A stretch of 64,000 nucleotides of DNA, from assembly GCA_947632225.1 (NCBI GenBank), contig CANROM010000001.1:2261-66260 (forward strand). The letters are read 5' to 3'. The stretch comes from an uncultured Clostridia bacterium (GTDB lineage: Bacteria; Bacillota; Clostridia; TANB77; CAG-465). Made by a program: the position numbers and the translations under genes. The notes beneath the pieces are model-generated. The model had not been told where the DNA came from and ran no database searches. It was given only the letters and a program-made list of their open reading frames with translations. Shown piece by piece: positions 1 to 10,169 of the stretch (the first letter of the stretch is position 1; every line of letters starts with the position of its first letter).

Positions 1-604
1 TTTGTAATAACTCTACTTGTACATTTAATAATCCTGCACCATTTTTATCCTCTGCCTGATATCTCTTAGGAACATATGCTATACCCGTATCATAATCATA
101 AATAGCATCACTTATTTTTTCTCCATTTAAGTTAGTGTAGGCAAAGCTATGATCTGCTACATATGTGTCTGTTGACTCATGCATTGTATCAACATATCCT
201 ACATAGTAGTTACTATCTTCATCTACATCATATAGTAGTATTCCAGTAGCATTTACCATTACAAACGCCTCTGGTGTTTCATCATACATAGAATTTATTT
301 TCTTATCTTCACCTAAAAGTGTACCATCAGCCATTATGTTTTTAGTATATATTATATCTTTAGGCTCAAATTTCTTCATAGTTGCATAATCACTATTTAT
401 ATTTTGCCTTATATACTCTTCTACATCTAATACTTCATTAGATTTTATAGAAGCAACATCAATGTCTAATCCATCATTATCTATTAAAGTTGTTTTTATG
501 TTGCTCATATTAACAGCAGAAACTTTTGCATTATTTATTGTTACTGTTGCAACTAAAACAACAATCAGCATAGTAACGATACACGTAATTTTGTTAATTT
601 TCAT
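1..604 (-). CDS. Secreted protein, N-terminal part only. The ORF runs off the window start. Signal peptide MKINKITCIVTMLIVVLVATVTINNAKVSA.
   Basis: Manual minus-strand translation from the ATG at 602-604 is open through position 1. GGGGG RBS 7 nt upstream. Hydrophobic signal peptide. The IYTK...YVGY segment resembles the N-terminal domain of the dockerin protein at 25494..28118. Confidence 0.6.
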   Translation of the reverse strand, partial: MKINKITCIVTMLIVVLVATVTINNAKVSAVNMSNIKTTLIDNDGLDIDVASIKSNEVLDVEEYIRQNINSDYATMKKFEPKDIIYTKNIMADGTLLGEDKKINSMYDETPEAFVMVNATGILLYDVDEDSNYYVGYVDTMHESTDTYVADHSFAYTNLNGEKISDAIYDYDTGIAYVPKRYQAEDKNGAGLLNVQVELLQ

Positions 605-760
605 AAATTTCCCCCTTCATATATAAACTCAATCTGACATACTTATATTTTATATCATCGAGAAAAATTATAACAGATACTTTATAATATATGATATTTT
701 TTATACCGTATATTACATTCATAAAATTTTAAAATTACATTTACATTTCTTTTGAATAGA

Positions 761-797
761 ACTTTAAAAAATAAAGACCAGTAAAAACTGGTCTTTA
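761..797 (-). terminator. Rho-independent terminator downstream of lysS.
   Basis: Hairpin AAAGACCAGT-aaaaa-CTGGTCTTT (773-796) followed by a T-run on the minus strand (A-run 761-772 on plus). Confidence 0.6.
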
Positions 798-803
798 AAA
801 CAT

Positions 804-2309
804 TTATTCTTCTATTTCTTCATCGTCGTCTTCTACATTATCTCTTCTCTTAAGAAGTGGATATAGAACAACATCTCTTATATTATAACTACTTGTTAAG
901 AACTGTAGAAATCTATCTATACCAAGTCCCCAACCTGAAATTGGTGGCATGCCATATTCCATAGCTTTTATATATTCATGGTCAATACTCATTGCCTCTT
1001 CATCACCATTATCTTTTAGTTTATTTTGCTCAATAAGTCTTCTCTCTTGCTCTTGTGAATCTACAAGCTCTGAATATCCATTTATTATCTCTTGTCCATT
1101 TACTATAAGTTGGAATCTATCTGTTAATGCTGGATTTTCATCATTACTTCTTGCAAGTGGAGACAAATCTATTGGATGTCCTGTTAAGAATGTAGGCTTT
1201 ATTATATATGGTCTACTTACTTTCTTATATAGCTGATCTATTAAGTTTCCTCTTCCAAGGCTTTCAATATTTTCAGCTTCTAATTGGATATTTTGTCTTC
1301 TTATTTCTTTTAATAATTCTTCTGCTGTAGGATACTTGTCTATGTCTATTCCACAGTCTTTTATTAGTAAATCTCTAAATGAAACCTCGTCCCATTCAGC
1401 ACCAAAATCTATGTCTTTTCCACTTATATTAACTACTAAATTACCATCAAATAGCTTATCTATAATGTAGATTATCATCTCTCTCATTAGTTTCATATTA
1501 TCTCTATAATTATAATATGCACTATATCCTTCAATCATTGTAAAGTCTTGTAAATGGTTAACACTTATACCTTCATTTCTGAAGTCTCTTGCTATCTCAA
1601 ATACATTTGTAAATCCACCAACGACTAATTTTTTTAGGGTTAATTCTGGAGATATTCTTAAATATACATCTGCATCATAAGTATTATGGTGAGTTATAAA
1701 TGGTCTAGCAGTAGCTCCAGAAGCAGTATTTTGTAGTACAGGTGTATCTACTTCAATAAATCCTTTTGACCATAAAAATTCTCTTAAAACTTTAATAAAC
1801 TGTGATCTAAGTAGAAATCTTTTCTTAGTATCATCATTCATTATTAAATCTAAGTGTCTTTCTCTATATAGCATTTCTTGATTAGAAATACCATGGAATT
1901 TTTCTGGTAGTGGTCTTAAAGCTTTTCCTAAAAACTCATACTTTTTAACTTGTATAGATTTTTCACCAGCTTGTGTTACAAAAGTGTCTCCTTCTACTCC
2001 TATAAAGTCTCCTATATCTACAGTAGAATGTAATAATTGATAGTTTTCCTCTCCAAGATCATCTTTTTTAAATACAAGTTGTATTTTTCCTTCTATATCT
2101 CTTAGATCCATAAAACTAATCTTACCCATTTTTCTTTTAGACATTACACGTCCAGCTACTCTTACATTCTTTACACCTTCTCCTAGCTCTCTAACGGCCT
2201 TTAAAGAATGTGTTATCTCATATCTTTCAGGATGAACGCTAATTCCTAATTCCTTTAGCTTGTTCTCTTTTTCCATACGAACTTTCTTTAATTCACTAAT
2301 ATCTCCCAT
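804..2309 (-). CDS. lysS: Lysyl-tRNA synthetase, class II.
   Basis: 501 aa with an N-terminal anticodon-binding OB region and class II catalytic core motifs (e.g. FEIARDFRNEG, GIDRFLQFL). GGAG RBS. Confidence 0.95.
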   Translation of the reverse strand: MGDISELKKVRMEKENKLKELGISVHPERYEITHSLKAVRELGEGVKNVRVAGRVMSKRKMGKISFMDLRDIEGKIQLVFKKDDLGEENYQLLHSTVDIGDFIGVEGDTFVTQAGEKSIQVKKYEFLGKALRPLPEKFHGISNQEMLYRERHLDLIMNDDTKKRFLLRSQFIKVLREFLWSKGFIEVDTPVLQNTASGATARPFITHHNTYDADVYLRISPELTLKKLVVGGFTNVFEIARDFRNEGISVNHLQDFTMIEGYSAYYNYRDNMKLMREMIIYIIDKLFDGNLVVNISGKDIDFGAEWDEVSFRDLLIKDCGIDIDKYPTAEELLKEIRRQNIQLEAENIESLGRGNLIDQLYKKVSRPYIIKPTFLTGHPIDLSPLARSNDENPALTDRFQLIVNGQEIINGYSELVDSQEQERRLIEQNKLKDNGDEEAMSIDHEYIKAMEYGMPPISGWGLGIDRFLQFLTSSYNIRDVVLYPLLKRRDNVEDDDEEIEE

Positions 2310-2340
2310 TCAATGCTCACTCCTAAACTTTTATTTTTTC

Positions 2341-2820
2341 TTATATTCTCTTTATATCTACTAGTCTATATTTTGAAATTCCTGCAGGTGTTTCAACTTC
2401 AAAATCTTCACCTTTCTTTTTACCAATTAAGGCTTTTCCTACAGGTGATTCATTTGATATTTTATTTTCTGCAATGTTAACTTCTGTTGCACCAACGATA
2501 CTATATGTTATTTCTTCATCGAACTCATAATCATATACAGTAACTTGTGTTCCAACACCAGCTTTTCTAGTAGAAATCTCGTGGTCAGCTACTACTTTTG
2601 CGTTTCTTATTGTAGCTTCCATTTCAGCAATTTTTGCCTCTAGTATTGCTTGCTCATTTTTAGCTTCTTCATATTCAGAGTTTTCAGATAAGTCTCCGAA
2701 TTCTCTAGCTACTTTTATTCTTTCAGCGACCTCCATTTTTCTTGGTCCTTTTAAATATTGTAACTCGTCAACGAGCTTTTTATATCCTTCTTCTGTTAAC
2801 ATTATTTCTCTATCTTCCAT
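2341..2820 (-). CDS. greA: Transcription elongation factor GreA.
   Basis: 159 aa. Coiled-coil N-terminus (MLTEEGYKKLVDELQYLK...ENSEYEEAKNEQ) and a C-terminal FKBP-like domain, typical of GreA. Confidence 0.95.
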   Translation of the reverse strand: MEDREIMLTEEGYKKLVDELQYLKGPRKMEVAERIKVAREFGDLSENSEYEEAKNEQAILEAKIAEMEATIRNAKVVADHEISTRKAGVGTQVTVYDYEFDEEITYSIVGATEVNIAENKISNESPVGKALIGKKKGEDFEVETPAGISKYRLVDIKRI

Positions 2821-2857
2821 AAAATTACCTCCTAAAATTTAACACTACTATTATACA

Positions 2858-3661
2858 CTATTTGTCAAGCATTATTCCACCTACAAGTATACATAGTTTA
2901 CCTAATTTAGTTTTTTTAAATCTTGATGTTTTTAAACCTAATACGGAAAATATATTATATAAATTTTTTTCGTATTTCTTATACATCAAATAAGTGTTAG
3001 ATTTAACATCTAAATCACTATCATTATAGTCTAAGATAAATGAGCTATTATTATATTCTAACTTATAATTTTGTGAGAACATAAGGAGTATATTATAATC
3101 TACTTTATGTAATTTGTCAATAGTTTCAATAGCTGTACCTTCACTATAATTGATATTTTCAGTATACTCTTTTACCTCTCCTAATATTTTAGGATTGCTA
3201 ACTAAAACATCTAACACTTTATACTTTTTAATATAAAAATCTATTTTTTCTTTTACACATTTATCTAAATTATCTATTATTACTAGAACTTTAATATTTT
3301 CTATTTTTAAATTATTTTTTTCTATATACTCATTTATGTATATTACGTCATTGCAAGTTAAATTATTTTGCTCAGTAACAATCATGTTACATTTTATAGT
3401 TGTAGTTAATAAAGATAATACATAATCATCATCTTGTAAATATTTGCTTGTAACAATATATGTAAAGTTATTTCTAAACATAATTTTCAATGTTACCTTT
3501 AAAATAGCCGTATTTACTTTATTACTAATTATTAGAGCAAATATATTATTATTCATTTTTGTAATATAAAATCCAAAATGTTTATACATATATTTATTAA
3601 ATTTAGATGTTATATTACCATCACTAGTATCTATAAAAAGAATATTCATATATAACCTCAC
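2858..3661 (-). CDS. Hypothetical low-complexity N/K/I/Y-rich protein immediately downstream of cdaA. It sits in the position where cdaR is normally found.
   Basis: 267-aa ORF, 35 bp after cdaA. No recognisable motif and no TM segment. A long open frame in 28% GC DNA is unlikely to be random. Confidence 0.5.
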   Translation of the reverse strand: MRLYMNILFIDTSDGNITSKFNKYMYKHFGFYITKMNNNIFALIISNKVNTAILKVTLKIMFRNNFTYIVTSKYLQDDDYVLSLLTTTIKCNMIVTEQNNLTCNDVIYINEYIEKNNLKIENIKVLVIIDNLDKCVKEKIDFYIKKYKVLDVLVSNPKILGEVKEYTENINYSEGTAIETIDKLHKVDYNILLMFSQNYKLEYNNSSFILDYNDSDLDVKSNTYLMYKKYEKNLYNIFSVLGLKTSRFKKTKLGKLCILVGGIMLDK

Positions 3662-3695
3662 TAATTTGTTATATATGAATACTTCTTAATATATA

Positions 3696-4547
3696 TTACT
3701 TTTTAACTATATTTTTTATTACGTTTGTTTTTGTTCTATCTAGTTTTTTAATAAGCAATTCTCTTAGAGAATCTGCTGTTAAATCTCTAGTTAATTTTCC
3801 TCCCTCTGCAAGAGAAATTGTTCCTGTTTCTTCAGAGACTACAACAACTAGTGCATCAGATATTTCTGTAATACCAACAGCAGCTCTATGTCTTGTCCCA
3901 AGATTTTTAGGTACAGAAACTTCAGATGCAAGTGGTAATATGCATTTAGCTGCAAGTATCTCTGATCCAGAAATAACTATCGCTCCATCATGAAGTGGTG
4001 TTCTTGGCATGAATATATTTTGAATAAGTTCAGATGTAACTTTAGAATTAAGTGGTACTCCTTCTCTTAATACCTCTGAAACTTTAGTATTCCTTTCAAA
4101 AACTATTAAAGCCCCTATCTGTTTCATTGACATTATCTCAGTAGCTTTAGTAACTTCAGATATAGCATGCTTAACTAAAATGTTATCATCCATATCAAAA
4201 ACATCTACAAGTTTACTTCTACCTAGCTTTTCAAAAACATTTCTAAGCTCAGGCTGAAACACAATAAGTAATAATATTATTCCGTATGACATAAAATTAT
4301 CTAATAAGAATGTAAGTATTACCATATTAGATAGCTTTGCTACAGTATATATAACTGCAAGTACTAATATTCCCTTAACAATTTGTCCAGCTCTTGTTTT
4401 TTTAATTATTTTAGCAATGTATATAATTATTGTTACTACTAAAACAATATCTATAGCTGTTATAAAATATCTCCATGGACTTGTTAGATTTAACACATTA
4501 GCAATAAAAGATACCATTCCTTTAAGGGATTCTACAATGTTTTGCAT
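3696..4547 (-). CDS. cdaA: Diadenylate cyclase CdaA (membrane-anchored c-di-AMP synthase).
   Basis: Three N-terminal TM helices followed by a DAC domain with DGAIVI and RHRAAVGITE motifs. Confidence 0.9.
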   Translation of the reverse strand: MQNIVESLKGMVSFIANVLNLTSPWRYFITAIDIVLVVTIIIYIAKIIKKTRAGQIVKGILVLAVIYTVAKLSNMVILTFLLDNFMSYGIILLLIVFQPELRNVFEKLGRSKLVDVFDMDDNILVKHAISEVTKATEIMSMKQIGALIVFERNTKVSEVLREGVPLNSKVTSELIQNIFMPRTPLHDGAIVISGSEILAAKCILPLASEVSVPKNLGTRHRAAVGITEISDALVVVVSEETGTISLAEGGKLTRDLTADSLRELLIKKLDRTKTNVIKNIVKK

Positions 4548-4569
4548 AAATCTTCCTCCCTTGATAGTA

Positions 4570-4695
4570 TTATTGTATTGCTGCTACTAGACCAGCAAAA
4601 ACAGAGAAAATCATTGTAAAAGTGATTACTCCTACTACAACATAAGTAGCGACTTTGCTTTTAATGCTAACTTCTTTTTTACCATTATTTTTCAT
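4570..4695 (-). CDS. Possible 41-aa small membrane protein (MKNNGKKEVSIKSKVATYVVVGVITFTMIFSVFAGLVAAIQ).
   Basis: Not in the ORF track because it is shorter than 60 aa. The frame was translated by hand. AAGGGGG RBS 8 nt upstream of the ATG. Charged N-terminus and a single TM helix. Lies in the 176-bp gap between glyQS and cdaA. Confidence 0.35.
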   Translation of the reverse strand: MKNNGKKEVSIKSKVATYVVVGVITFTMIFSVFAGLVAAIQ

Positions 4696-4723
4696 TTCAT
4701 TTTCCCCCTTACAACCTAACTAT

Positions 4724-6106
4724 CTATATATTAAATTTATCTTCAAACCAAGAATCAAGATCCTCGATTTTTACCCTAACTTGTTCCATTGTATCTCTGT
4801 CTCTTATTGTAACAGACTTATCTTCTACAGAATCAAAATCATAAGTAATACAATATGGTGTACCTATTTCATCTTGTCTTCTATATCTTTTTCCAATACT
4901 TTGTGACTCATCATAATCTACCATATATTTCTTAGCAAGCATTTTTTGAACTTCTTTTGCTCCGTCTGCAAGTTTTTTAGAAAGTGGTAAAACTGCAATT
5001 TTAATTGGTGCTAAGAATGGATGTAAATGTAGTACAACTCTTGTATCATCTTCTGATACTTTCTCTTCTTCATACGCATTGCATAAGAAAGCTAGTGCAA
5101 CTCTATCACATCCAAGTGATGGCTCAATACAATATGGTACATATTTTTCATTTGAATCTGGCTCAGTATATGTCATATCTTCTCCAGAGAATTTCATGTG
5201 TTGTGATAAATCAAAATTTGTTCTATCAGCAATACCCCATAATTCTCCCCATCCGAATGGGAAATAGAACTCAATATCTGTTGTTGCAGAGCTATAGTGA
5301 GATAATTCTTCTTTAGAATGATCACGAAGTCTAATATTATCCTCTTTCATTCCAAGATTTAATAGCCAATTTCTGCAAAAGTCTTTCCAGTACTTATGCC
5401 AGTCTAAATCAGTTCCTGGTTTACAGAAGAATTCAAGCTCCATCTGTTCAAATTCTCTTGTTCTAAATGTAAAATTACCAGGTGTTATTTCATTTCTAAA
5501 AGCTTTACCTATTTGAGCAATACCCATAGGTAATTTCCTTCTAGTAGTTCTCATAACATTTTTAAAGTTAACAAATATACCTTGTGCTGTTTCTGGTCTT
5601 AGATATATTGTTGCTGTATTATCTTCTGTTACACCTTGGAATGTTTTAAACATCAAGTTAAATTTTCTTATATCTGTAAAATTAGTTTTACCACATTTAG
5701 GACATGGTATCTTATTATCTACAATAAAATCTACTAATTGTTGGTCACTCATTCCATCAGCAATCATATCTTTTCCTTGAGAAAAAGCCCATTCTTCAAT
5801 TAGTTTATCTGCTCTATGTCTAGTCTTACATTCCTTACAGTCAATAAGTGGATCTGAAAAGCCACCAACGTGTCCAGAAGCTACCCAAGTCTGTGGATTC
5901 ATAAGTATAGCTGCATCTAGTCCAACGTTATACTCACTTTCTTGAATGAACTTTTTTCTCCAAGCAAGTTTTACATTGTTTTTTAATTCTGTTCCAAGTG
6001 GGCCATAGTCCCAAGTATTTGCAAGTCCACCATATATTTCAGAACCAGGATAAATATATCCTCTATTTTTACACAAATTTACTAATTTTTCCATTGAATC
6101 AATCAT
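4724..6106 (-). CDS. glyQS: Glycyl-tRNA synthetase (dimeric alpha2 type).
   Basis: 460 aa. Class II aaRS core and anticodon-binding domain. The N-terminus [34 protein letters not shown] is typical of GlyQS. Confidence 0.95.
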   Translation of the reverse strand: MIDSMEKLVNLCKNRGYIYPGSEIYGGLANTWDYGPLGTELKNNVKLAWRKKFIQESEYNVGLDAAILMNPQTWVASGHVGGFSDPLIDCKECKTRHRADKLIEEWAFSQGKDMIADGMSDQQLVDFIVDNKIPCPKCGKTNFTDIRKFNLMFKTFQGVTEDNTATIYLRPETAQGIFVNFKNVMRTTRRKLPMGIAQIGKAFRNEITPGNFTFRTREFEQMELEFFCKPGTDLDWHKYWKDFCRNWLLNLGMKEDNIRLRDHSKEELSHYSSATTDIEFYFPFGWGELWGIADRTNFDLSQHMKFSGEDMTYTEPDSNEKYVPYCIEPSLGCDRVALAFLCNAYEEEKVSEDDTRVVLHLHPFLAPIKIAVLPLSKKLADGAKEVQKMLAKKYMVDYDESQSIGKRYRRQDEIGTPYCITYDFDSVEDKSVTIRDRDTMEQVRVKIEDLDSWFEDKFNI

Positions 6107-6131
6107 GAATTATCTATTCTCCTTCCAGTAA

Positions 6132-6938
6132 TTATTTTATCTCGACATCTATAATATCTTTTTCATCTTCTATTATATTATCTGATTCAGTATTAAATAC
6201 TATATGAAATTTAGAATCTTGAATATAGAAATTCTCTAGTCCTGTTATTTCATATTTGTATTCAGACTCTTTAATGTATCCATTTGAAACTACATAGTCT
6301 TTTACTTGTTTTTTTAGTATATCTTTATATTCAAGTCCAAGCATGTCTAGAACAACATCACTTTGTGCTAAAGTTTTTTTAGAAGACAAATCCACATTAT
6401 ATGTTGTCAATTTTTCAGATGTTACTTTTTGTGAATCTGTATCTATTATTTGTTGTTTAATAAGTATAGATACTATCTTTCTAACTCCAACAATATTATC
6501 ATAATATGTATATGTAACATTAAAAGAGTAATTGCTCTTTGCACTCTTCATCTGTTCTTTTAAAGTTTCAAATCTTTCTGTATATTCACTCTGTATACTA
6601 GCATTAAGTTCAGTAATTTCTTTACCATCAACATAAATCATTGGTAGATGAATATCACTAACAAATTTTGAAGTGCTTTTATCTATAGAGCTTTTTTCAT
6701 TTATTTCATAGTTAAGATTCATTGCTTGTTCCAATTTTTCTGCGTCTGTTGGCTCAACATTCTCTAAACTATGAGACTCTGTTGTTTTTATTTCACCAGA
6801 CAATCCCAGCATTTTAGGGTTGTCCTCATTTTTTATAGCATAAGCTACAAAAGAACCTCCAACAATTAAAAACACTGCAACTACAATAGCAGGTATCTTA
6901 GTTGTTTTTCTTCTTTCTGTATACCTAATTGTTTCCAT
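6132..6938 (-). CDS. Hypothetical membrane-anchored protein with a short cytoplasmic N-terminus, one TM helix and a roughly 230-aa extracytoplasmic domain.
   Basis: The TM segment IPAIVVAVFLIVGGSFVAYAI is followed by a charged, beta-rich domain. The architecture recalls DUF4163/DUF3298 (RsiV-like) extracytoplasmic proteins, but this cannot be confirmed without HMMs. Confidence 0.5.
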   Translation of the reverse strand: METIRYTERRKTTKIPAIVVAVFLIVGGSFVAYAIKNEDNPKMLGLSGEIKTTESHSLENVEPTDAEKLEQAMNLNYEINEKSSIDKSTSKFVSDIHLPMIYVDGKEITELNASIQSEYTERFETLKEQMKSAKSNYSFNVTYTYYDNIVGVRKIVSILIKQQIIDTDSQKVTSEKLTTYNVDLSSKKTLAQSDVVLDMLGLEYKDILKKQVKDYVVSNGYIKESEYKYEITGLENFYIQDSKFHIVFNTESDNIIEDEKDIIDVEIK

Positions 6939-7000
6939 TTACTATCACCCTCGCGTACATTTTACTATAAAATTTCTATCATTTCAACATTTTTAAACAT

Positions 7001-7831
7001 TTATTTAAGTTTTACTATTGATGTTATGTTTATTTCTATTCCAAATAAATTTATTCCAGTCATTGTTTCGATTTCATGTATTATTGCATTTTTTACATGA
7101 GTACTAAGAGTAGGAATATTAACACCAAATACAATTTGTAAGTCTATTTCTATTCTCATACCATCAATGTATTTTTCAGTAAAAACTTTTTGCACTCTGC
7201 TTACGCCATCAATTCTTTCAACAGCACAAGTAACAATCTGCTTAATTACATTGTCTGATATAACAAATTTTCCTAAATAACTATATGTAGGTCTTATTAT
7301 TGTCTTTTCAGAAGATTCTGCTTCATACATATTACTGCTTTCTCTTCTAAAAATATCAAACATTCTAAGCGGATCCATAAAATACCCAGAAAACTGTTTT
7401 TTTATTTCAAAAGTTGGAACAGGTACAACATGCTTTCCTTCTTCATATCTAGACTTTCTAGCTTCTTCTATCTTTTCAGGAGAAGCCACATCTTCAATAT
7501 AAATTGTCTTTTCTATCTTTCCTAATTTTAGATTTTCTGCTATTTTTTCTACCATTTCATCTGAAGTACCAAGAATAAGAATTTTATCTATCTTTTCTTT
7601 CTTTATAGCTTTAATCATCTCACTTCTTCGATCTTCGTATAAGAAAATAGCAGCTTTAACTGAAGCAATTTTACTTGCCTCAGTTTTAGCAGATCTACCA
7701 GCTACAACTTTAGTTTCATTTATTAGTATTGCATCATCAATTATATATTTAATATCTAAAGACTTTGCAACTTTTAACGCATTATAGCTTTTTCCTGTTC
7801 CTGTTTTACCAACAAATGCATATACTTGCAT
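7001..7831 (-). CDS. P-loop NTPase domain fused to a C-terminal Asp23/Gls24-like domain.
   Basis: Walker A motif GKTGTGKS at residues 8-15. The C-terminal roughly 110 aa (GKFVISDNVIKQIVTCAVERIDGVS...) matches the Asp23/alkaline-shock family pattern. Confidence 0.55.
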   Translation of the reverse strand: MQVYAFVGKTGTGKSYNALKVAKSLDIKYIIDDAILINETKVVAGRSAKTEASKIASVKAAIFLYEDRRSEMIKAIKKEKIDKILILGTSDEMVEKIAENLKLGKIEKTIYIEDVASPEKIEEARKSRYEEGKHVVPVPTFEIKKQFSGYFMDPLRMFDIFRRESSNMYEAESSEKTIIRPTYSYLGKFVISDNVIKQIVTCAVERIDGVSRVQKVFTEKYIDGMRIEIDLQIVFGVNIPTLSTHVKNAIIHEIETMTGINLFGIEINITSIVKLK

Positions 7832-7841
7832 CTAAACACCT

Positions 7842-9950
7842 CTAAACTTTCATAGCGTCCTTTGCAGAAAGGCTAAATTTTCCTTCTTCTTTATTTATTT
7901 CTACAACTTTTACTAAAATTTCATCTCCAACATTTAGTACATCTTCAACTTTATTTACTCTTTCTTTTGAAATCTTAGAAATATGTAATAATCCTTCTTT
8001 ACCTGGTAATATTTCTACTAGTGCACCAAATTGTAGTATCTTAGTTACTTTTCCCATGTATACTTCGTTCAATTCTACATCTCTTGTTAAAGACTCTATT
8101 GTACTAATAGCTTTGTCTAACATTTCTTGATCAACACCAGCAACATATACTGTTCCATCATCTTCAATATCAATTTTTACATGAGTTTCATCAATTATCT
8201 TATTTATTGTTTTTCCACCAGATCCAATTACATCTCTTATTTTATCTGGATTTATCTTAATTATTTCAATCTTTGGAGCATATTTTGAAACTGTTGGACG
8301 TGGTTTATCTATTGCTTTTAGCATTACTTCATCTAATATGTAATTTCTAGCTTTGTGTGTTCTTGCAAAAGCTTCTTCTATTATTTCATATGATAATCCA
8401 TCTATTTTTATATCTACTTGTATAGCAGTTATTCCGTTTTTTGTTCCAGCAACTTTAAAGTCCATATCTCCAAAGAAATCTTCTATACCTTGGATATCTG
8501 TTACCATTATATAATCATCTGTGTTGCCATCTTTTGTAAATAGTCCTGTAGATATACCCGCAACAGGAGCTTTAATTGGTACACCTGCATCCATTAGTGC
8601 AAGTGTTGAACCACAAACACTTCCTTGTGAAGTAGATCCGTTAGAGCTTAATACTTCAGATACAACTCTAATAGTGTAAGGGAATTCTTCTTGAGAAGGT
8701 ATAACTGGCTCTAAAGCACGTTCTGCTAATGCTCCATGTCCAATTTCTCTTCTTCCAGGTCCACGTGATGCTCTAGCTTCTCCAACACTATATGGAGGCA
8801 TATTATAATGATGCATATATCTTTTTTGTTCTTCTTCATCTAGTCCATCTAATTCTTGAACATCTGATGCACTTCCAAGTGTTACCATAGATAGTACTTG
8901 TGTTAGTCCTCTAGTAAATAAAGCACTTCCATGTACTCTTTCAAATAGTCCTACTTCAGCACTTAATGGTCTAATCTCATCATTTGCTCTGCCATCAACA
9001 CGTTTGCCTTCTTTAATTATTAAATCTCTTACAGCTTTTTTCTCAGCTTTATATAAAGCTTCAGCTACCATTGATTTATTTTCTTCGTATGTTTCTTCGC
9101 CATATTTATTTTTATATTCTTCAATTACAAAGTTATTTACAGCTTCTACATTCTCGTCTCTTTCGTTTTTATCCTTTGTTTGAACTGCTTCTTTCATTTT
9201 GTCATAAGCAATATCTTTAATAAAATCTGCAAGTTCATCTGGAATTGCAAAAGACTTATACTGAGCTTTTGGCTTTCCAATTTCTGCTTTAATGTTATAT
9301 ATAAATTCGCATAAATTTTTAATTTCTTCATGTGCTACTTTAATAGCTTCAAGCATTTTATCATCAGGCACTTCCTTTGCACCTGCTTCAATCATACATA
9401 TCTTTGTTGGTGTTGCAGATACTGTCAAATCTAAAGTAGATTTTTCTCTTTGCTCTAAGTCTGGGTTTAATACAATTTCTCCATCTACTATACCAACTTT
9501 TACTGTTCCAACTAGTGTATCAAAAGGTATATCTGAAATATTAAGAGCAATTGATGCGCCTACTGATGCTGGTATCTCAGGTAATATATCTGGGTCTACT
9601 GCTAAAACTAAAGCATCTATTGCTGTGTCATTTCTGTAATCTTTTGGAAATAGTGGACGTAAAGGTCTATCTATTACACGTGATACAAGAACAGCCTTTG
9701 TTGAAGGTTTTCCTTCTCTTTTGATGTAACCACCAGGTATTTTTCCTACTGAATATAGTCTTTCTTCATAATCTACAGACAATGGTAAGAAATCTATACC
9801 CTCTTTTGGTTCTTTAGACATGTTAACATTTACAAGTACAGCTGTTTCGCCATATCTTACTAAACATGAACCATTTGAAAGATTTGCCATCTTTCCTACT
9901 TCTACTACTAATTTTCTTCCTGCAAAACTAGTTTCAAATTTTTTATACAT
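7842..9950 (-). CDS. pnp: Polynucleotide phosphorylase (PNPase).
   Basis: Two RNase PH domains plus KH and S1 domains. Start chosen at MYKKFE (ATG at 9948-9950) with a strong AGGAGG RBS. The ORF-track start at 9980 is less likely. Confidence 0.95.
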   Translation of the reverse strand: MYKKFETSFAGRKLVVEVGKMANLSNGSCLVRYGETAVLVNVNMSKEPKEGIDFLPLSVDYEERLYSVGKIPGGYIKREGKPSTKAVLVSRVIDRPLRPLFPKDYRNDTAIDALVLAVDPDILPEIPASVGASIALNISDIPFDTLVGTVKVGIVDGEIVLNPDLEQREKSTLDLTVSATPTKICMIEAGAKEVPDDKMLEAIKVAHEEIKNLCEFIYNIKAEIGKPKAQYKSFAIPDELADFIKDIAYDKMKEAVQTKDKNERDENVEAVNNFVIEEYKNKYGEETYEENKSMVAEALYKAEKKAVRDLIIKEGKRVDGRANDEIRPLSAEVGLFERVHGSALFTRGLTQVLSMVTLGSASDVQELDGLDEEEQKRYMHHYNMPPYSVGEARASRGPGRREIGHGALAERALEPVIPSQEEFPYTIRVVSEVLSSNGSTSQGSVCGSTLALMDAGVPIKAPVAGISTGLFTKDGNTDDYIMVTDIQGIEDFFGDMDFKVAGTKNGITAIQVDIKIDGLSYEIIEEAFARTHKARNYILDEVMLKAIDKPRPTVSKYAPKIEIIKINPDKIRDVIGSGGKTINKIIDETHVKIDIEDDGTVYVAGVDQEMLDKAISTIESLTRDVELNEVYMGKVTKILQFGALVEILPGKEGLLHISKISKERVNKVEDVLNVGDEILVKVVEINKEEGKFSLSAKDAMKV

Positions 9951-10129
9951 TTCTATTCCTCCTAAAAATACATTTAGCAATAATAGGTTTGTAATAATAA
10001 TTTCTAAACATCAATTTAGATATTCACAAATTATTACTACAATTACACCTACCATTACTAGTATATAATTATACAATAAATAATATTATTCTTCAAGTAA
10101 AATAGGAAAAACCTAAAAATTTTATTAGC

Positions 10130-10166
10130 AAAAAAGATAGGTAGTTACCTACCTATCTAATTTTTG
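10130..10166. terminator. Bidirectional rho-independent terminator. It ends the fba operon.
   Basis: Perfect hairpin GATAGGTAG-ttac-CTACCTATC (10136-10157), flanked by an A-run on the 5' side and a T-run on the 3' side. Confidence 0.6.
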
Positions 10167-10169
10167 TTA

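Noticed and set aside
949-1236. Many plus-strand ORFs of 60-160 aa lying antisense inside minus-strand genes. Examples are 949..1236, 5005..5316, 9292..9639, 24967..25455, 31673..32083, 36381..36857, 39132..39494 and 45527..46618.
   Set aside because: All lie entirely within well-supported genes on the opposite strand. They have low-complexity S/L/F/I-rich translations typical of shadow frames in AT-rich DNA, and no RBS. They were treated as non-coding.
6107-6131. T-box riboswitch leaders upstream of glyQS, argS and lysS.
   Set aside because: All three synthetase genes have leaders of 35 bp or less (25, 16 and 31 bp respectively) and are translationally coupled to upstream genes. There is no room for a roughly 250-nt T-box. 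I did not find the T-box AGGGUGGNACCGCG motif anywhere in the window by eye.
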